In this document: piece by piece, positions 1 to 10,098 of the stretch
Layout: each line of letters begins with the position of its first letter
How positions within the stretch are numbered: position 1 is the stretch's first letter
Assembly (NCBI GenBank): GCA_964650355.1
Contig: CAZYTL010000007.1
Span: 4,455 to 68,454 of the forward strand
Length of the DNA: 64,000 nucleotides
From: an uncultured Gammaproteobacteria bacterium
Lineage (GTDB): Bacteria > Patescibacteriota > Microgenomatia > CAYXHB01 > CAZYTL01
Direction of reading: 5' to 3'
Program-made: the position numbers and the translations under genes
Notes under the pieces: model-generated
The model's database searches: none
The model's input: only the letters and a program-made list of their open reading frames with translations
Told to the model about the DNA's origin: nothing

Positions 1-1
1 G

Positions 2-589
2 AAACAAAAGCATTTATGCGACCGGCTGGAACGATTCGTGACCGGTTCACTGGCTCATGTTTTCGACAGCCAAACCAATATCGAGTTGGACAACCGTCTG
101 GTCGTTTTTGATATCAAAGACTTAAACGAATCGTTACGGCAAATCATGATGTTAGTAGTGGCTAATTTTGTCCAGTCAGAGGTAAAAACTAACCCGCAGA
201 AAAGGATTCTGGTGATTGATGAAGGCTGGCTGCTTCTGGAGCATGAAGACAGCGCCAGGTTTATTGCCGGTCTGGTCCGCCGGGCCAGGAAACATTATCT
301 TGGTGTAACCATTATTGCCCAGCAAGCTAATGATTTCTTAAATCAGGAATACGGGCGGGCCATTGCTTCCCAATCCGCGTTGAGAATTCTAATGAGGCAG
401 GATACCACCACGATTAAGAACGTAGCCAGGGAGTTCCGGTTAAGTGAATATGAGCAGCATTTCCTGCTGACTTGTGACCGGGGAGAAGCCGTGATTATCG
501 CTGATCAGAACCACGTAGCGCTCAAAGTCGTGGCTTCGGAAAAAGAGCATCCTTTATTAACTACTGACCCCAGGGAAATATATATCTGA
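2..589 (+). CDS. VirB4/TraC-like conjugation ATPase, C-terminal part (frame open to the window edge)
   Basis: VVFDIKDL, Walker B ILVIDEGW, RRARKH, and the IAQQ motif; the frame is open from base 2 (KQKHLCDRLERFVTGS). Confidence 0.8.
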   Translation, partial: KQKHLCDRLERFVTGSLAHVFDSQTNIELDNRLVVFDIKDLNESLRQIMMLVVANFVQSEVKTNPQKRILVIDEGWLLLEHEDSARFIAGLVRRARKHYLGVTIIAQQANDFLNQEYGRAIASQSALRILMRQDTTTIKNVAREFRLSEYEQHFLLTCDRGEAVIIADQNHVALKVVASEKEHPLLTTDPREIYI

Positions 590-592
590 TGA

Positions 593-1196
593 ATGAACAA
601 CTTCTTTTTAGCCTACAATCTCTGGTCTTTCCGTGATGAGTTAAAGCTGGTGCTTTATACGTTCCTACTGGTTTTGAGCTTACCGATTATTGCCGTGCTG
701 GTGATTACCAATGCCGGAATTCAGGAAGTCTCCGACGCTCTCGTATCAGTTAATACTCAGGCCCGCACCGTTCAGATCCTTAATCCTGCTACGGGGGAAG
801 TAGTTAAAGAAGTCAGTGGTGACTTTTTCTGGCCGGTGCAGGGTGTGATTACCCTGGAATTCGGACAATCAAGCGGCTACCAATTATTTCATACCGGAAT
901 TGATGTTGCTGACCCGGAAGGGGAAATAGGGGATCAGATTTATCCCTTTATGCCGGGTATGGTAATTTATTCAGGTGAAACTTCCTGGGGATACGGCAAG
1001 CACGTAGTCATTGATAACGGTGATAATATTTCATCAATCTATGCCCACTTAAATAAAATTTCAGTTGCAAAAGGGCAGGAGGTGACCATTAACCCCATTG
1101 GGTACTGAAGGCCAAACTGGCTGGGCCACCGGCCCCCACCTGCACTTTGAAATCCGAGTTTACGGAGTCCCGGTTAATCCAAGGGTATTTTTATAA
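593..1196 (+). pseudogene. M23 family peptidase (cell-wall hydrolase) with a +1 frameshift near 1100
   Basis: N-terminal TM, HTGID and YAHL motifs. The ORF stops at 1108, but the frame from 1101 reads [31 protein letters not shown] (TAA 1194-1196), the missing HxH catalytic tail. Confidence 0.8.
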
Positions 1197-1217
1197 TGAA
1201 TTATTAACTGTTGGAGA

Positions 1218-2492
1218 CTATGGTAAGGGTGTAGCAAGAAAAATCTCAAAATCATTTCCGTCGAAACCTTGCCATACTATTTGGTTGTTGTCATTTAAGT
1301 AAGGAAAGGCATCGTTATAGATATTATCTGTCAATTGTATGTTTTCTGTTGATCCCAGTTCATGAGTAAATAGTTCAAAATCATTTTCCGGTGGAGTGGA
1401 TGGGTTCTCCCAGATTGACAAGCCAACATTATTCAGATACGATTTTTGCTCAGGTCCTTGAGTATCTGTTAACTGGGTGATATCTGTACCATCATAATAA
1501 AAGATTTCTCTGTCATTAGGATTCTCATTAATCCAGCTTTCCCATATCACATGACCTTGATTGTTAATTTTAGGGTTTGTGTCAGTATTGTTATTATTTG
1601 TGATCCTAGTTATAGAACTAGTTGAATAATTATAGTAATAGATTTCGCTATTCATAGCTCCATCTACCCAGTCCATCCAGACTAAATCTCCGTCATCATT
1701 GATACTTGGTTCATCCTTTAAGTAACCTGACAGAGTTATTTGTTTAATGTCCCCTCCGTCATAAAAATAGACTTGTTTGCCGCCTATCCAAACTATCTGT
1801 CCAGCTTCATTCAATCTTGGCAAATGATCGTATAAGCTATTGTTAGTAATTTGGTCAATAGTTCCATCGTTGTACAAGTAAATCTCGTTATCAACCGGGT
1901 TTGCTCCGCCTCTCCATACGATCTCCCTATTATCATTGAATGTCTTTATCGGATAGCTATTACTCCAATCAAAAGTGTCATTAAAGTCATTGTTTGTAAC
2001 TTGTACTATATTTTCAGACTCAGCAACGTAGAGATAGATTTCACTATCTGTGCCGTCAAAGTGCATCCAGGTAATATCACCTGGATTATTGATTTGAGGA
2101 AACCAATTGCCTGAATCATGTGTTATTTGAATGATCTTACCCTCATCATATAGGTAAATATCACCCGCACCGGAATTATTAAATGATCCCCAAACAACTT
2201 GTCCATTGTAATTTATTCGGGAGTATAAATCGTCTTCTGAATTATTGGTGAGTTGGCGCGTCCAATATTTTGTTCCTGCAAGTTTTTTATCAATTCCCGA
2301 AGCATGCTCCAATCCTCGAGGTGTTTTCTCTGACTTCCCAGCTCCTTCAACAAGCAATTTAATATTTTGTTCTATTGACTTAGAATTATTATTCTTTGGA
2401 GTAGCATAAATTGAACCTAAACCATTTGGTATAATTAATATTAAGGCGAAAATTGTAACTATGTGAACAGTTAATCTTAATGATAGCTTCAT
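1218..2492 (-). CDS. Secreted repeat (beta-propeller-like) protein
   Basis: Signal-like N-terminus; ~8 repeats of VW..DG.D.EIYLY...I.QITNN...D..P.IN. Confidence 0.7.
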   Translation of the reverse strand: MKLSLRLTVHIVTIFALILIIPNGLGSIYATPKNNNSKSIEQNIKLLVEGAGKSEKTPRGLEHASGIDKKLAGTKYWTRQLTNNSEDDLYSRINYNGQVVWGSFNNSGAGDIYLYDEGKIIQITHDSGNWFPQINNPGDITWMHFDGTDSEIYLYVAESENIVQVTNNDFNDTFDWSNSYPIKTFNDNREIVWRGGANPVDNEIYLYNDGTIDQITNNSLYDHLPRLNEAGQIVWIGGKQVYFYDGGDIKQITLSGYLKDEPSINDDGDLVWMDWVDGAMNSEIYYYNYSTSSITRITNNNNTDTNPKINNQGHVIWESWINENPNDREIFYYDGTDITQLTDTQGPEQKSYLNNVGLSIWENPSTPPENDFELFTHELGSTENIQLTDNIYNDAFPYLNDNNQIVWQGFDGNDFEIFLATPLP

Positions 2493-2584
2493 ATCTCGAC
2501 TACTTACAATTTACAACTAATAATTTATGTTTAGTGAGGTTTAATAACAAAATAACCTCTAGGAAGGCAACTTATACACTAATC

Positions 2585-5116
2585 TTATAATTTACCTTTA
2601 ATTGACTCAAGCAATTCCATTTGTTGATGTTGTAATCCCGCATCAAAAATTATTCGGTATTCAAAGTTCTTGTTTATCTCAGCAAATTCTCTGAAACCGA
2701 CTTCTTTTGCAAATACCTCGTCGAACAGTTCTTCCCGCTTGCCTTGGTATTGTTTTTTGTTTTGCTCGTAGGTGAGCCTTTCAGTATTTAGTTTTACCTC
2801 GATAACAATAAACCTACCTTTTGTGGTTTCAATCAAGAAGTCGGGGAAGTAGCGAGAAATGCGTTTTTCCCTTGGGTTCCAGTACTCGAAGAAAAAGTCG
2901 TTGTGAACTGCATCAGTTACACCGCCTGTAAAGTAAACATCAACTATCGCCTCATCTTCATCAAGCACTTCTCGAAGATGAGTAAATAGACTTTTTTCGT
3001 CTTTACTGTCAAAGTTGTAAGGATCAATATGAAAGCCTAATCTCCCCTTACCAGAGTCCTTTTTATAGACCACTAAGTCGTTTCTGTTTTGGGCAACGCT
3101 AATTTTGAATGGATACTGTTTAGTAAGCTCCAGCTCTTCTTCGATAATTTCAGTTTTTTCTTCATATTCATATGCTTTTGTCAGAATACTTTCGACAATA
3201 AAAGCAATTTGGGCCGGGTTTTTATTTACAAGGACAACTATCTCACCTCTTGAATAGTGGCCTAGTAATACTTTCTCTATAGCCAAACAAGGCAACAAAG
3301 TATAACGGTTGATAATGGCGACAATCTCATAAAAGGTAAAGTCACTTTTTGTTTCAAGAGTTTTTTTTGCGCCTGATCGAGTATATTGTGCTTTCTGCTG
3401 TTCGGATAGTAGTATCCCACTTTCTGCAATGTAAGGTAGATACTTGCTTGCTTTGAAGTTATCCCACTCTATTTTTATCCTTTCAGGTTTTTTAGTTGAG
3501 GCTGAAACAATTTCGGTACGTTTCTTTTTGACTGTGACCTTTTTCTTTTTCTCGACTGTGAGAGTATGTTCAATGTTTTTCTGCTCCTGATTACGAAGTT
3601 CTTCAATTGTAGTGGCGAAGTTATTCTTCAATTCTCTATCCAGTATTTTGTAATTTTCATCCGATAAGAAAATTGAGGCAACTGTTGAATTGTCACCAAT
3701 ACTTCTCAAGCATCTCGTCGAGGATTGAAGTACAAAAATAGCGCTTCTTGGTTTTCTATAAAGAGCACAAGACACTAGAGAGCGACAATTCCATCCCTCA
3801 GTTCCTTTTCCAACTAGTAGTATAAATTGTTTTTTGCTTTGAGGATTGTCAAGGGTTACAAATTCACCTTTACCTTCTTCTGCCTCGGTATGATATTCAA
3901 GCACTTTGTCTTGAGAGATGCCTTTCTCGGTTAGGATTTCTTCCAATTTTGGCCTAAGCTCTTTTTGTAAATCGGAAATGTTGGCAGCAAAAAAGGCAAT
4001 CTTAGGGAGTTTGTCTTCAAGCCTATTTTCGCCATATTCCTTCCAGAATTTGGAAATTACGTCCTCGATAAACTCATAAGATTTGACATTGCCATACTCG
4101 AAGAATCGCACTTGTTTTAGAATCCCTCGTTCAATACCAGGTTTGAGTCCGAAATGAAACACTACGTCAGCAATCATTTTGTTCTTGATATAGGGTGTGC
4201 CGGTAAGGTTGACTACACCGGTTAAAGGGGTTTTTCCTTCCTTGTGGATGTAGTTGATGGTGGTTTTAGTCTTTTTTAGTGTGCCTTCGAGAGTGGTACC
4301 AAATGAATGGTGAGCCTCGTCTACAAATACAATAAGGTTTGACAGTTGCCTGATAGACTGTAAGCGTCGATTCTCGATGGCTTTATTTTTGAGATAGCGT
4401 TCATCTCTAAATAGTTTTGCTTGTTTGTCATCGGCGTGTCTGGTTTTGAGGATTATCTTTTGAGAGTTGGAGACAATCACATTGTAGTTACCAATTGGTT
4501 GTAGAGGGGTTTCAGGAGTTTCCAGATAATGAAATTTAATATTCAACACTATGTTGAGATACTCTTTCGGTAATACCCTTGAATAATCAAAAGTTTTTAT
4601 CTCTTTAAGACTTTCGATTATAGTTGTATCTGGTGCGAAGATGAGTGCGTTTTTGCCAAACCGAGTGTCCTTTTCGTGGTGAAAAGAGAGTACGAAGTCA
4701 TAAAGCATCATTACCCCAGCTAGAATTGTCTTGCCAGCGCCCATGGTGAGAGCATAAACTTGGTTTGCGTAATCAAGCCCGTTGTATTGCTTATGTAGCA
4801 GGTCGGAAATCTTTTTTTCTTTGTCCTTGTCGTAGGCCAGTTTTAAGGCTTCTTTTTCACTAATCCCAAGTGAGAGTATAAGTTCAAGCTCATTAGTGAA
4901 GATTGATTTGACGACTTCAACTGTAGGTTTATTGCCAACTACTTCTTTGAGGTAAACATAGGTTTCAAAAGATTCAAGCTGTGGGGCATGAAGATAGCCT
5001 ATTTTCTTGATATGCCTCAGGATATTTAGTGTTTCTTTTTCTACATTGGGATAACCGGCTACTCGCCACTCACCAACTTTTTGTTGTATTGCCTGTAAGT
5101 ATGCATTGTCCATCAT
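2585..5116 (-). CDS. res: Type III restriction enzyme, Res subunit
   Basis: Walker A TMGAGKT, DEAHH, EGWN, and C-terminal PD-(D/E)xK YFPDFLI...IEVK; follows the Mod gene. Confidence 0.85.
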   Translation of the reverse strand: MMDNAYLQAIQQKVGEWRVAGYPNVEKETLNILRHIKKIGYLHAPQLESFETYVYLKEVVGNKPTVEVVKSIFTNELELILSLGISEKEALKLAYDKDKEKKISDLLHKQYNGLDYANQVYALTMGAGKTILAGVMMLYDFVLSFHHEKDTRFGKNALIFAPDTTIIESLKEIKTFDYSRVLPKEYLNIVLNIKFHYLETPETPLQPIGNYNVIVSNSQKIILKTRHADDKQAKLFRDERYLKNKAIENRRLQSIRQLSNLIVFVDEAHHSFGTTLEGTLKKTKTTINYIHKEGKTPLTGVVNLTGTPYIKNKMIADVVFHFGLKPGIERGILKQVRFFEYGNVKSYEFIEDVISKFWKEYGENRLEDKLPKIAFFAANISDLQKELRPKLEEILTEKGISQDKVLEYHTEAEEGKGEFVTLDNPQSKKQFILLVGKGTEGWNCRSLVSCALYRKPRSAIFVLQSSTRCLRSIGDNSTVASIFLSDENYKILDRELKNNFATTIEELRNQEQKNIEHTLTVEKKKKVTVKKKRTEIVSASTKKPERIKIEWDNFKASKYLPYIAESGILLSEQQKAQYTRSGAKKTLETKSDFTFYEIVAIINRYTLLPCLAIEKVLLGHYSRGEIVVLVNKNPAQIAFIVESILTKAYEYEEKTEIIEEELELTKQYPFKISVAQNRNDLVVYKKDSGKGRLGFHIDPYNFDSKDEKSLFTHLREVLDEDEAIVDVYFTGGVTDAVHNDFFFEYWNPREKRISRYFPDFLIETTKGRFIVIEVKLNTERLTYEQNKKQYQGKREELFDEVFAKEVGFREFAEINKNFEYRIIFDAGLQHQQMELLESIKGKL

Positions 5117-5119
5117 GAA

Positions 5120-7075
5120 TTAAGCCTTGACTGAAAATGTTTCAAAGTATTCTTCTCCCAGCACATCCACAATTTTGATGGCTACCCTGTAGGTTCCAGC
5201 CTTTTCGTAGGTGTAGTGGTAAGAGGCAGAAATAACTTCTTTTTTCTCGGGCAAGTCCATGATTTCAGCATTAAAGAGCTTACCGTCGTAATCTATATCG
5301 ATTGTTACACTGTCAATGATTTGCTTGAAATCTTCCACTTTTGCTTTGTCTTTTTTATCAATAATCTTTTCGTTCTCAAGCTCTAGTTTACGCATGAGAA
5401 TAGGAGAGTAGAATTCTTCGACGCTGACAGTTAGCTTTTTGTCTTTTACCTCTATCTCGATTTTTGCTTCAGGCTTTTGTTTGAAAATAAGATTCTTCTT
5501 GTCGTTGAGAATATCTCGGATAACTACTTTGACACCTGACTTGTTTTCTTTTTTGAGATAATCCTCGACATCAAGTTCTGCTCCAGAGCAAATGATAGTG
5601 ACGCCTTCTTCATAAATTTCCTCACCTTGTTTTTGTGTTGCTTTAACAGTAAAGCTATCTGTATTGTCATCTATATCTTTAAGTACTGTTTTTATATCGA
5701 GCTTGTTGAGAACCCTGTTAAGTGGCATGACTTTGACAAAGTTATTGTCGAGTGTTCCATCAAAAGCACCTCGCTTAATAGGTTCGACCCCGTACATTTC
5801 CATGACTATGTCCTTAGCCTCGATTTCATTTTTGAATATGTCGTATTCGTTGACATTCAAAATTTTGAAAGCTAGCAAGCCTTTGAAGTCATCTTTAATT
5901 AATTTCTTTCCGTTTGTTTTAAGTTGACTATCAATGATTTGAGCTAACCTTTTAGTGGTAGTTTGAATTGCACCAATGTTTATATCGCAACCAATCCATT
6001 TTCTTCCTAACTTTTGGGCAACAGCTAGAGTCGTACCACTTCCACAGAAACAATCCATTACTAAATCACCCGATTCACTCCCCATATTAATTATCCTTTC
6101 AAGCAGCGCTTCACGCTTTTGAGTCGGGTAACCTGTAGACTCTATTGCCTGAGAATTTATTGGTGAAATGTCTGTCCATACTGATTGTAATGGTAGTCCA
6201 GGCATTTCGTCTAAATACTTTTTAAGTCTTGGCATTCCGGTAGATGTATAGTAAAGGTGACCTTTTTTCTCAAAATCTTCCATCTTATCTTTTGTGTATC
6301 TCCATGCCCGCTTTATGCCCTTCCATTCATAAATGGGTCCTTGATCGCGTGGTGGTACACATGATTGGTCTTCAAACTTTCTACCGTCTTTATCTACTTT
6401 TTGATAATGGGTTTTGAGATACTCCTCAGAGTAGGGAATGTGAGTTTTTTTTAGCAAAGAATTTGGGCCGTTACCATAAAAGAAGATTGTGTCGTGCAGA
6501 TTACCTATGTTTTTGGCGTCAGAGTGGGCTGCTTGTCTTTTCCATATAACTTCCGAGATTAAAGACTCGGGTCCGAATATTTCATCAAGCAAGCAACGTA
6601 ATAAATAATTTTTATGATAATCACAATGTAGAACGAAAATTCCACGGTTTACGAGTAGTTCCCTCATTATTAGTAAACGCTCATACATAAATTGCAAATA
6701 TTCATCGTTTTCCCAAATGTCGGTATATTGCTTTTCTTCGAGAAGATTTTGTTGTTGGCCTTCAATTTTTTGACCTCTAATTTTCACCTTTTTTACATAG
6801 TCAGCTTTGCTGTCGAATGGTGGATCGATGTAAATAAGGTCAATTTCACCTCGATATTCTTTTAGAAGATGAGAAAGAACTTGCAGATTATCGCCCCAAA
6901 AAAGCTTGTTGAAATTTTTTGATTTTTTATCGCCATAGACCTCTTTTTCCTGAGCCGGGAAGTATTCCACCTTATCTAAAGGTTTTTTGCCTACCCATGA
7001 GAGCATGGGGCGTCCTTTTGCTTTTTGGATTTCGGACCTTGATGATTTTGTAAGTGTGTTTGTTGCTTTTGTCAT
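5120..7075 (-). CDS. mod: Type III R-M DNA methyltransferase (Mod, beta class)
   Basis: GDNL, IYIDPPF catalytic motif, YPTQK, and DCFCGSGTT SAM-binding motif. Confidence 0.9.
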   Translation of the reverse strand: MTKATNTLTKSSRSEIQKAKGRPMLSWVGKKPLDKVEYFPAQEKEVYGDKKSKNFNKLFWGDNLQVLSHLLKEYRGEIDLIYIDPPFDSKADYVKKVKIRGQKIEGQQQNLLEEKQYTDIWENDEYLQFMYERLLIMRELLVNRGIFVLHCDYHKNYLLRCLLDEIFGPESLISEVIWKRQAAHSDAKNIGNLHDTIFFYGNGPNSLLKKTHIPYSEEYLKTHYQKVDKDGRKFEDQSCVPPRDQGPIYEWKGIKRAWRYTKDKMEDFEKKGHLYYTSTGMPRLKKYLDEMPGLPLQSVWTDISPINSQAIESTGYPTQKREALLERIINMGSESGDLVMDCFCGSGTTLAVAQKLGRKWIGCDINIGAIQTTTKRLAQIIDSQLKTNGKKLIKDDFKGLLAFKILNVNEYDIFKNEIEAKDIVMEMYGVEPIKRGAFDGTLDNNFVKVMPLNRVLNKLDIKTVLKDIDDNTDSFTVKATQKQGEEIYEEGVTIICSGAELDVEDYLKKENKSGVKVVIRDILNDKKNLIFKQKPEAKIEIEVKDKKLTVSVEEFYSPILMRKLELENEKIIDKKDKAKVEDFKQIIDSVTIDIDYDGKLFNAEIMDLPEKKEVISASYHYTYEKAGTYRVAIKIVDVLGEEYFETFSVKA

Positions 7076-7081
7076 AGTTTT

Positions 7082-7294
7082 TTATACCCTTGGTTCCTTT
7101 TTAAGGGCTACTTTGCAGTAAGGGCAAGTGTATCTCATCAACGTTAGATTTCTTTCACCCACATAATGAGTAGGGCAGGTCATTTCAAGGTCGAACAAAA
7201 GCCTCGTCCACTCCCATTCTTCCTCAACTGGTTCGTACATTTGTTCGATTGCTCGTAGCAATTCTTTAGTATCAATATCTGTATTAGCTAGCAT
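7082..7294 (-). CDS. Small protein with CPTH...CPYC putative zinc ribbon
   Basis: ATG at 7294 (MLANTD...) overlaps the stop region of the upstream HTH gene; 70 aa; ends 6 nt before mod. Confidence 0.55.
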   Translation of the reverse strand: MLANTDIDTKELLRAIEQMYEPVEEEWEWTRLLFDLEMTCPTHYVGERNLTLMRYTCPYCKVALKKEPRV

Positions 7295-7463
7295 TTTTTT
7301 TGTACCTTTCGACAAAAGCATCAAAGTCTGCTTTTTTTATCCTGAACTGTTTTTCTACTTGGTAAGCCTTGAGTTTACCTGCCTGTATCCAGCGATAGAC
7401 GGTCATGTATGAGACTTTAAGTATTCTGGCAATGTCCTTTGGTGTCAAAAATTTTTCTTCCAT
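7284..7463 (-). CDS. Excisionase-type (HTH_17) DNA-binding protein, absent from the ORF track
   Basis: Hand translation: MEEKFLTPKDIARILKVSYMTVYRWIQAGKLKAYQVEKQFRIKKADFDAFVERYKKNAS* (59 aa), a classic xis-like pattern. Confidence 0.85.
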   Translation of the reverse strand: MEEKFLTPKDIARILKVSYMTVYRWIQAGKLKAYQVEKQFRIKKADFDAFVERYKKNAS

Positions 7464-7537
7464 AGTTATCTCTTGTACAGAGTAACATTCTTTAACATTG
7501 ATTACAATAATGGTAAACTAGAATCAGCTTTTCCAGT

Positions 7538-9853
7538 GTGAAAATTATGGTAACTGTTAACGGTAGTCGAAAACTCAATCTAAACCAACCCCAAAGAGTG
7601 TTGGTAGCTATCGTATATCTTTTCTTGCTGGTAATTATTTTTTCTCTGCTGGGTGGTAGCTTCCGAGGATTCTTGTTCGATTCGAGTGTCGATTCGAGTA
7701 TTTTGTTTTATGCGGGGGCGTTCATGATAATACTTGGTGCATATATCGTTGAACCTTTTTTTACTAAGCCCTCAGATGCCATTGCCAACTCAACGGCAAC
7801 ACTAATTGCATTGGTTGGCCTGGCAAATAAACAAGCTTTCTATAGCTATGGGTGGATTTTCATAATATCCTTAGTGGTTTTATTAGCTAGTATTGTTTCG
7901 ATTCTTTTGAGAGAAACTACGAACGAATTCTGGAAGAAAGTGTCTAAAATCAGTTACTGGCTGGCAGTGAATCTTGGTAACTACAAAGTTATATTTTCTT
8001 TAGTTTATTTTTCTGCTGCGTATTCTTATTTTGGGAAAGTTGAAAACCTAATACCATTCATTACGATAATAACTTTTTGGATTTGTCTAACATTCTTCGA
8101 TGTGGTAGGGATAGCGATTGAAAAACTAAGTTTATTGTTAGCGATATTTAAAGGTGGTCGGATAAGTGAGTTAGGCCAGGCGATTGGGTGTGATAACCCA
8201 TTTTTGTATAAGGTAGAAATTGACTATTCTAAACATAAAAGACAGGAGGTTCAATATGGTGACATAGTAGCTATTGAAACAGGGTTAAATGTTGGCTCAA
8301 TTGGTATGATTGTTAGCTCGAGGTTTTTACTGAACAAAAAATGGTTAAGCATCTATCTTCTTAAAGATGATGACGACCAGGTGTTAAAGGTTGATCTTAG
8401 GAATTATAAGCTAATAACCGATGAAAAATCTATTTTTTCTAAGGAAAGTCTAGTTTACAGACTGAACATAAAGCAACTCCCAGATGAAATATCCAAGATG
8501 ATTAAAAAGAATGAGCTTTACCAAAATAAAGAAAATTTTATCGGGTTCGTGACGGTAGGGTCGGATATCAACACCATCAACTTCTCAATCTTGGGAGATG
8601 CTCAATCTCCTGAAAAACAGATTAGTGAAGGTAAAATTATTAAGGCATATATTTATGGCCAAGAAACGCTGTATCAGGTTATCAACGGAAATACACGCGA
8701 GGAACATTTAGAGAATTATGACAAGCATGGATTTACTGTTGGAGTCGCTCGCAAATTAGGTAAATACTTATTCGACAAGAAAGAGCTAGATGTAAGTAAG
8801 TGGATGCCGACAATTTATTCTCCTTTGTTTTTTGCGTATAACGAAGTCATCAACGAGAAGAGGCAAAAGGAAATAGCCCAACAGTCTATTGGTAGATTAC
8901 CTGGCACTAACCTGGAAATCCCCATAAAGGACATAAATACTCTGATTAGTCACAATACCGCAATATTGGGAATTTTGGGGATCGGAAAGTCATGTTTATC
9001 ATATGAGCTAATTATGAAGGTTACAAAGAAAGGTATAAAAGTTGTGTGTTTAGATATTACTAATGAATACGTAAGAGATCTTAAAAAGTACATAAATGAA
9101 GATAAAATAGCGTCAGATTATTCTAATGTGGTTAAGGGATTAAACGATTCTGAAGTAAAAATAGCTGATTCAAAGACCGAAGGTGGAAATGTTGATGTAT
9201 TTTATTCGTCGATTAAAAAAGAGTTAGAAAGTTTCATCGCAGATGACAATACTCTGATAACCATTATTAACGTTGATGAATTTAATGTTATAAAACAAGA
9301 AGAAAATGCTAAAAATAGACAAAAAAACGGTATATGGGAAATGTATGCACCGCATAATCAGGCGACAGTAGCAGAAAAAACCAGAATGATATGTGAGATA
9401 TTATTGTCATTAGCTATGAGTAGTGGATCATCAAATGAAGCTCGCTGTCTGATAGTGTTTGAAGAAGCACACTCGCTTATACCCGAGTGGAATTCTGTTT
9501 CATACGAGGGTGATAAAACAGCTACCAACGGCACAGCTAAAGTGATCCTACAAGGAAGAAAATATGGTTTAGGTAGTTTGGTGGTAACACAAAGGACAGC
9601 AAACGTTAGTAAAAGCATTCTTAACCAATGTAATACAGTTTTTGCTTTAAGAGTGTTTGATGATACTGGGAAAGAGTTTTTAAAGAATTATATCGGCGAG
9701 GATTATTCAAGTACATTGTCCACACTCGAGGAACGCAGAGCAGTAGCTATCGGCAAAGGATTGAAGTTGAAGCAACCAGTTATCATTCAACTTAATGATC
9801 GGGATTACTTGCTAGAATCTAAGCAAGATGGAGAGGAAAGTGATAATGACTGA
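7538..9853 (+). CDS. Multi-TM N-terminal domain fused to a HerA/DUF87-like ATPase
   Basis: ~6 hydrophobic helices in the first 200 aa; HNTAILGILGIGKS Walker A, IVFEEAH Walker B, QGRKYG and TQR motifs. Confidence 0.8.
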   Translation: MKIMVTVNGSRKLNLNQPQRVLVAIVYLFLLVIIFSLLGGSFRGFLFDSSVDSSILFYAGAFMIILGAYIVEPFFTKPSDAIANSTATLIALVGLANKQAFYSYGWIFIISLVVLLASIVSILLRETTNEFWKKVSKISYWLAVNLGNYKVIFSLVYFSAAYSYFGKVENLIPFITIITFWICLTFFDVVGIAIEKLSLLLAIFKGGRISELGQAIGCDNPFLYKVEIDYSKHKRQEVQYGDIVAIETGLNVGSIGMIVSSRFLLNKKWLSIYLLKDDDDQVLKVDLRNYKLITDEKSIFSKESLVYRLNIKQLPDEISKMIKKNELYQNKENFIGFVTVGSDINTINFSILGDAQSPEKQISEGKIIKAYIYGQETLYQVINGNTREEHLENYDKHGFTVGVARKLGKYLFDKKELDVSKWMPTIYSPLFFAYNEVINEKRQKEIAQQSIGRLPGTNLEIPIKDINTLISHNTAILGILGIGKSCLSYELIMKVTKKGIKVVCLDITNEYVRDLKKYINEDKIASDYSNVVKGLNDSEVKIADSKTEGGNVDVFYSSIKKELESFIADDNTLITIINVDEFNVIKQEENAKNRQKNGIWEMYAPHNQATVAEKTRMICEILLSLAMSSGSSNEARCLIVFEEAHSLIPEWNSVSYEGDKTATNGTAKVILQGRKYGLGSLVVTQRTANVSKSILNQCNTVFALRVFDDTGKEFLKNYIGEDYSSTLSTLEERRAVAIGKGLKLKQPVIIQLNDRDYLLESKQDGEESDND

Positions 9854-10098
9854 GTTTAATCTATGTCATCGTATCGCAATGCTAAATCAGCTATAGACTT
9901 ATAGGGCCTAACTTAGATCAAACCTTTAATTATGCTGAACTAAGATCAACGCGTTGTTGGGTTGTTTCTATTGGTTCTTTATATAATATTGATCAGATAT
10001 TTATGTTTCTATCCCCAAACCAATATGGTTGTTAACTTAGGTGTCATAGATATGATATTGACTATTAGATTTAGACCTTTAAAGGATAATTTTATCGC

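Noticed and set aside
1106-1108. TGA read-through (genetic code 25) of the M23 gene
   Set aside because: The missing tail is in another frame, and TGA ends many intact genes in this window.
5120-7075. Phase-variable mod via simple sequence repeats
   Set aside because: No tandem repeat tract was seen, only short A/T runs.
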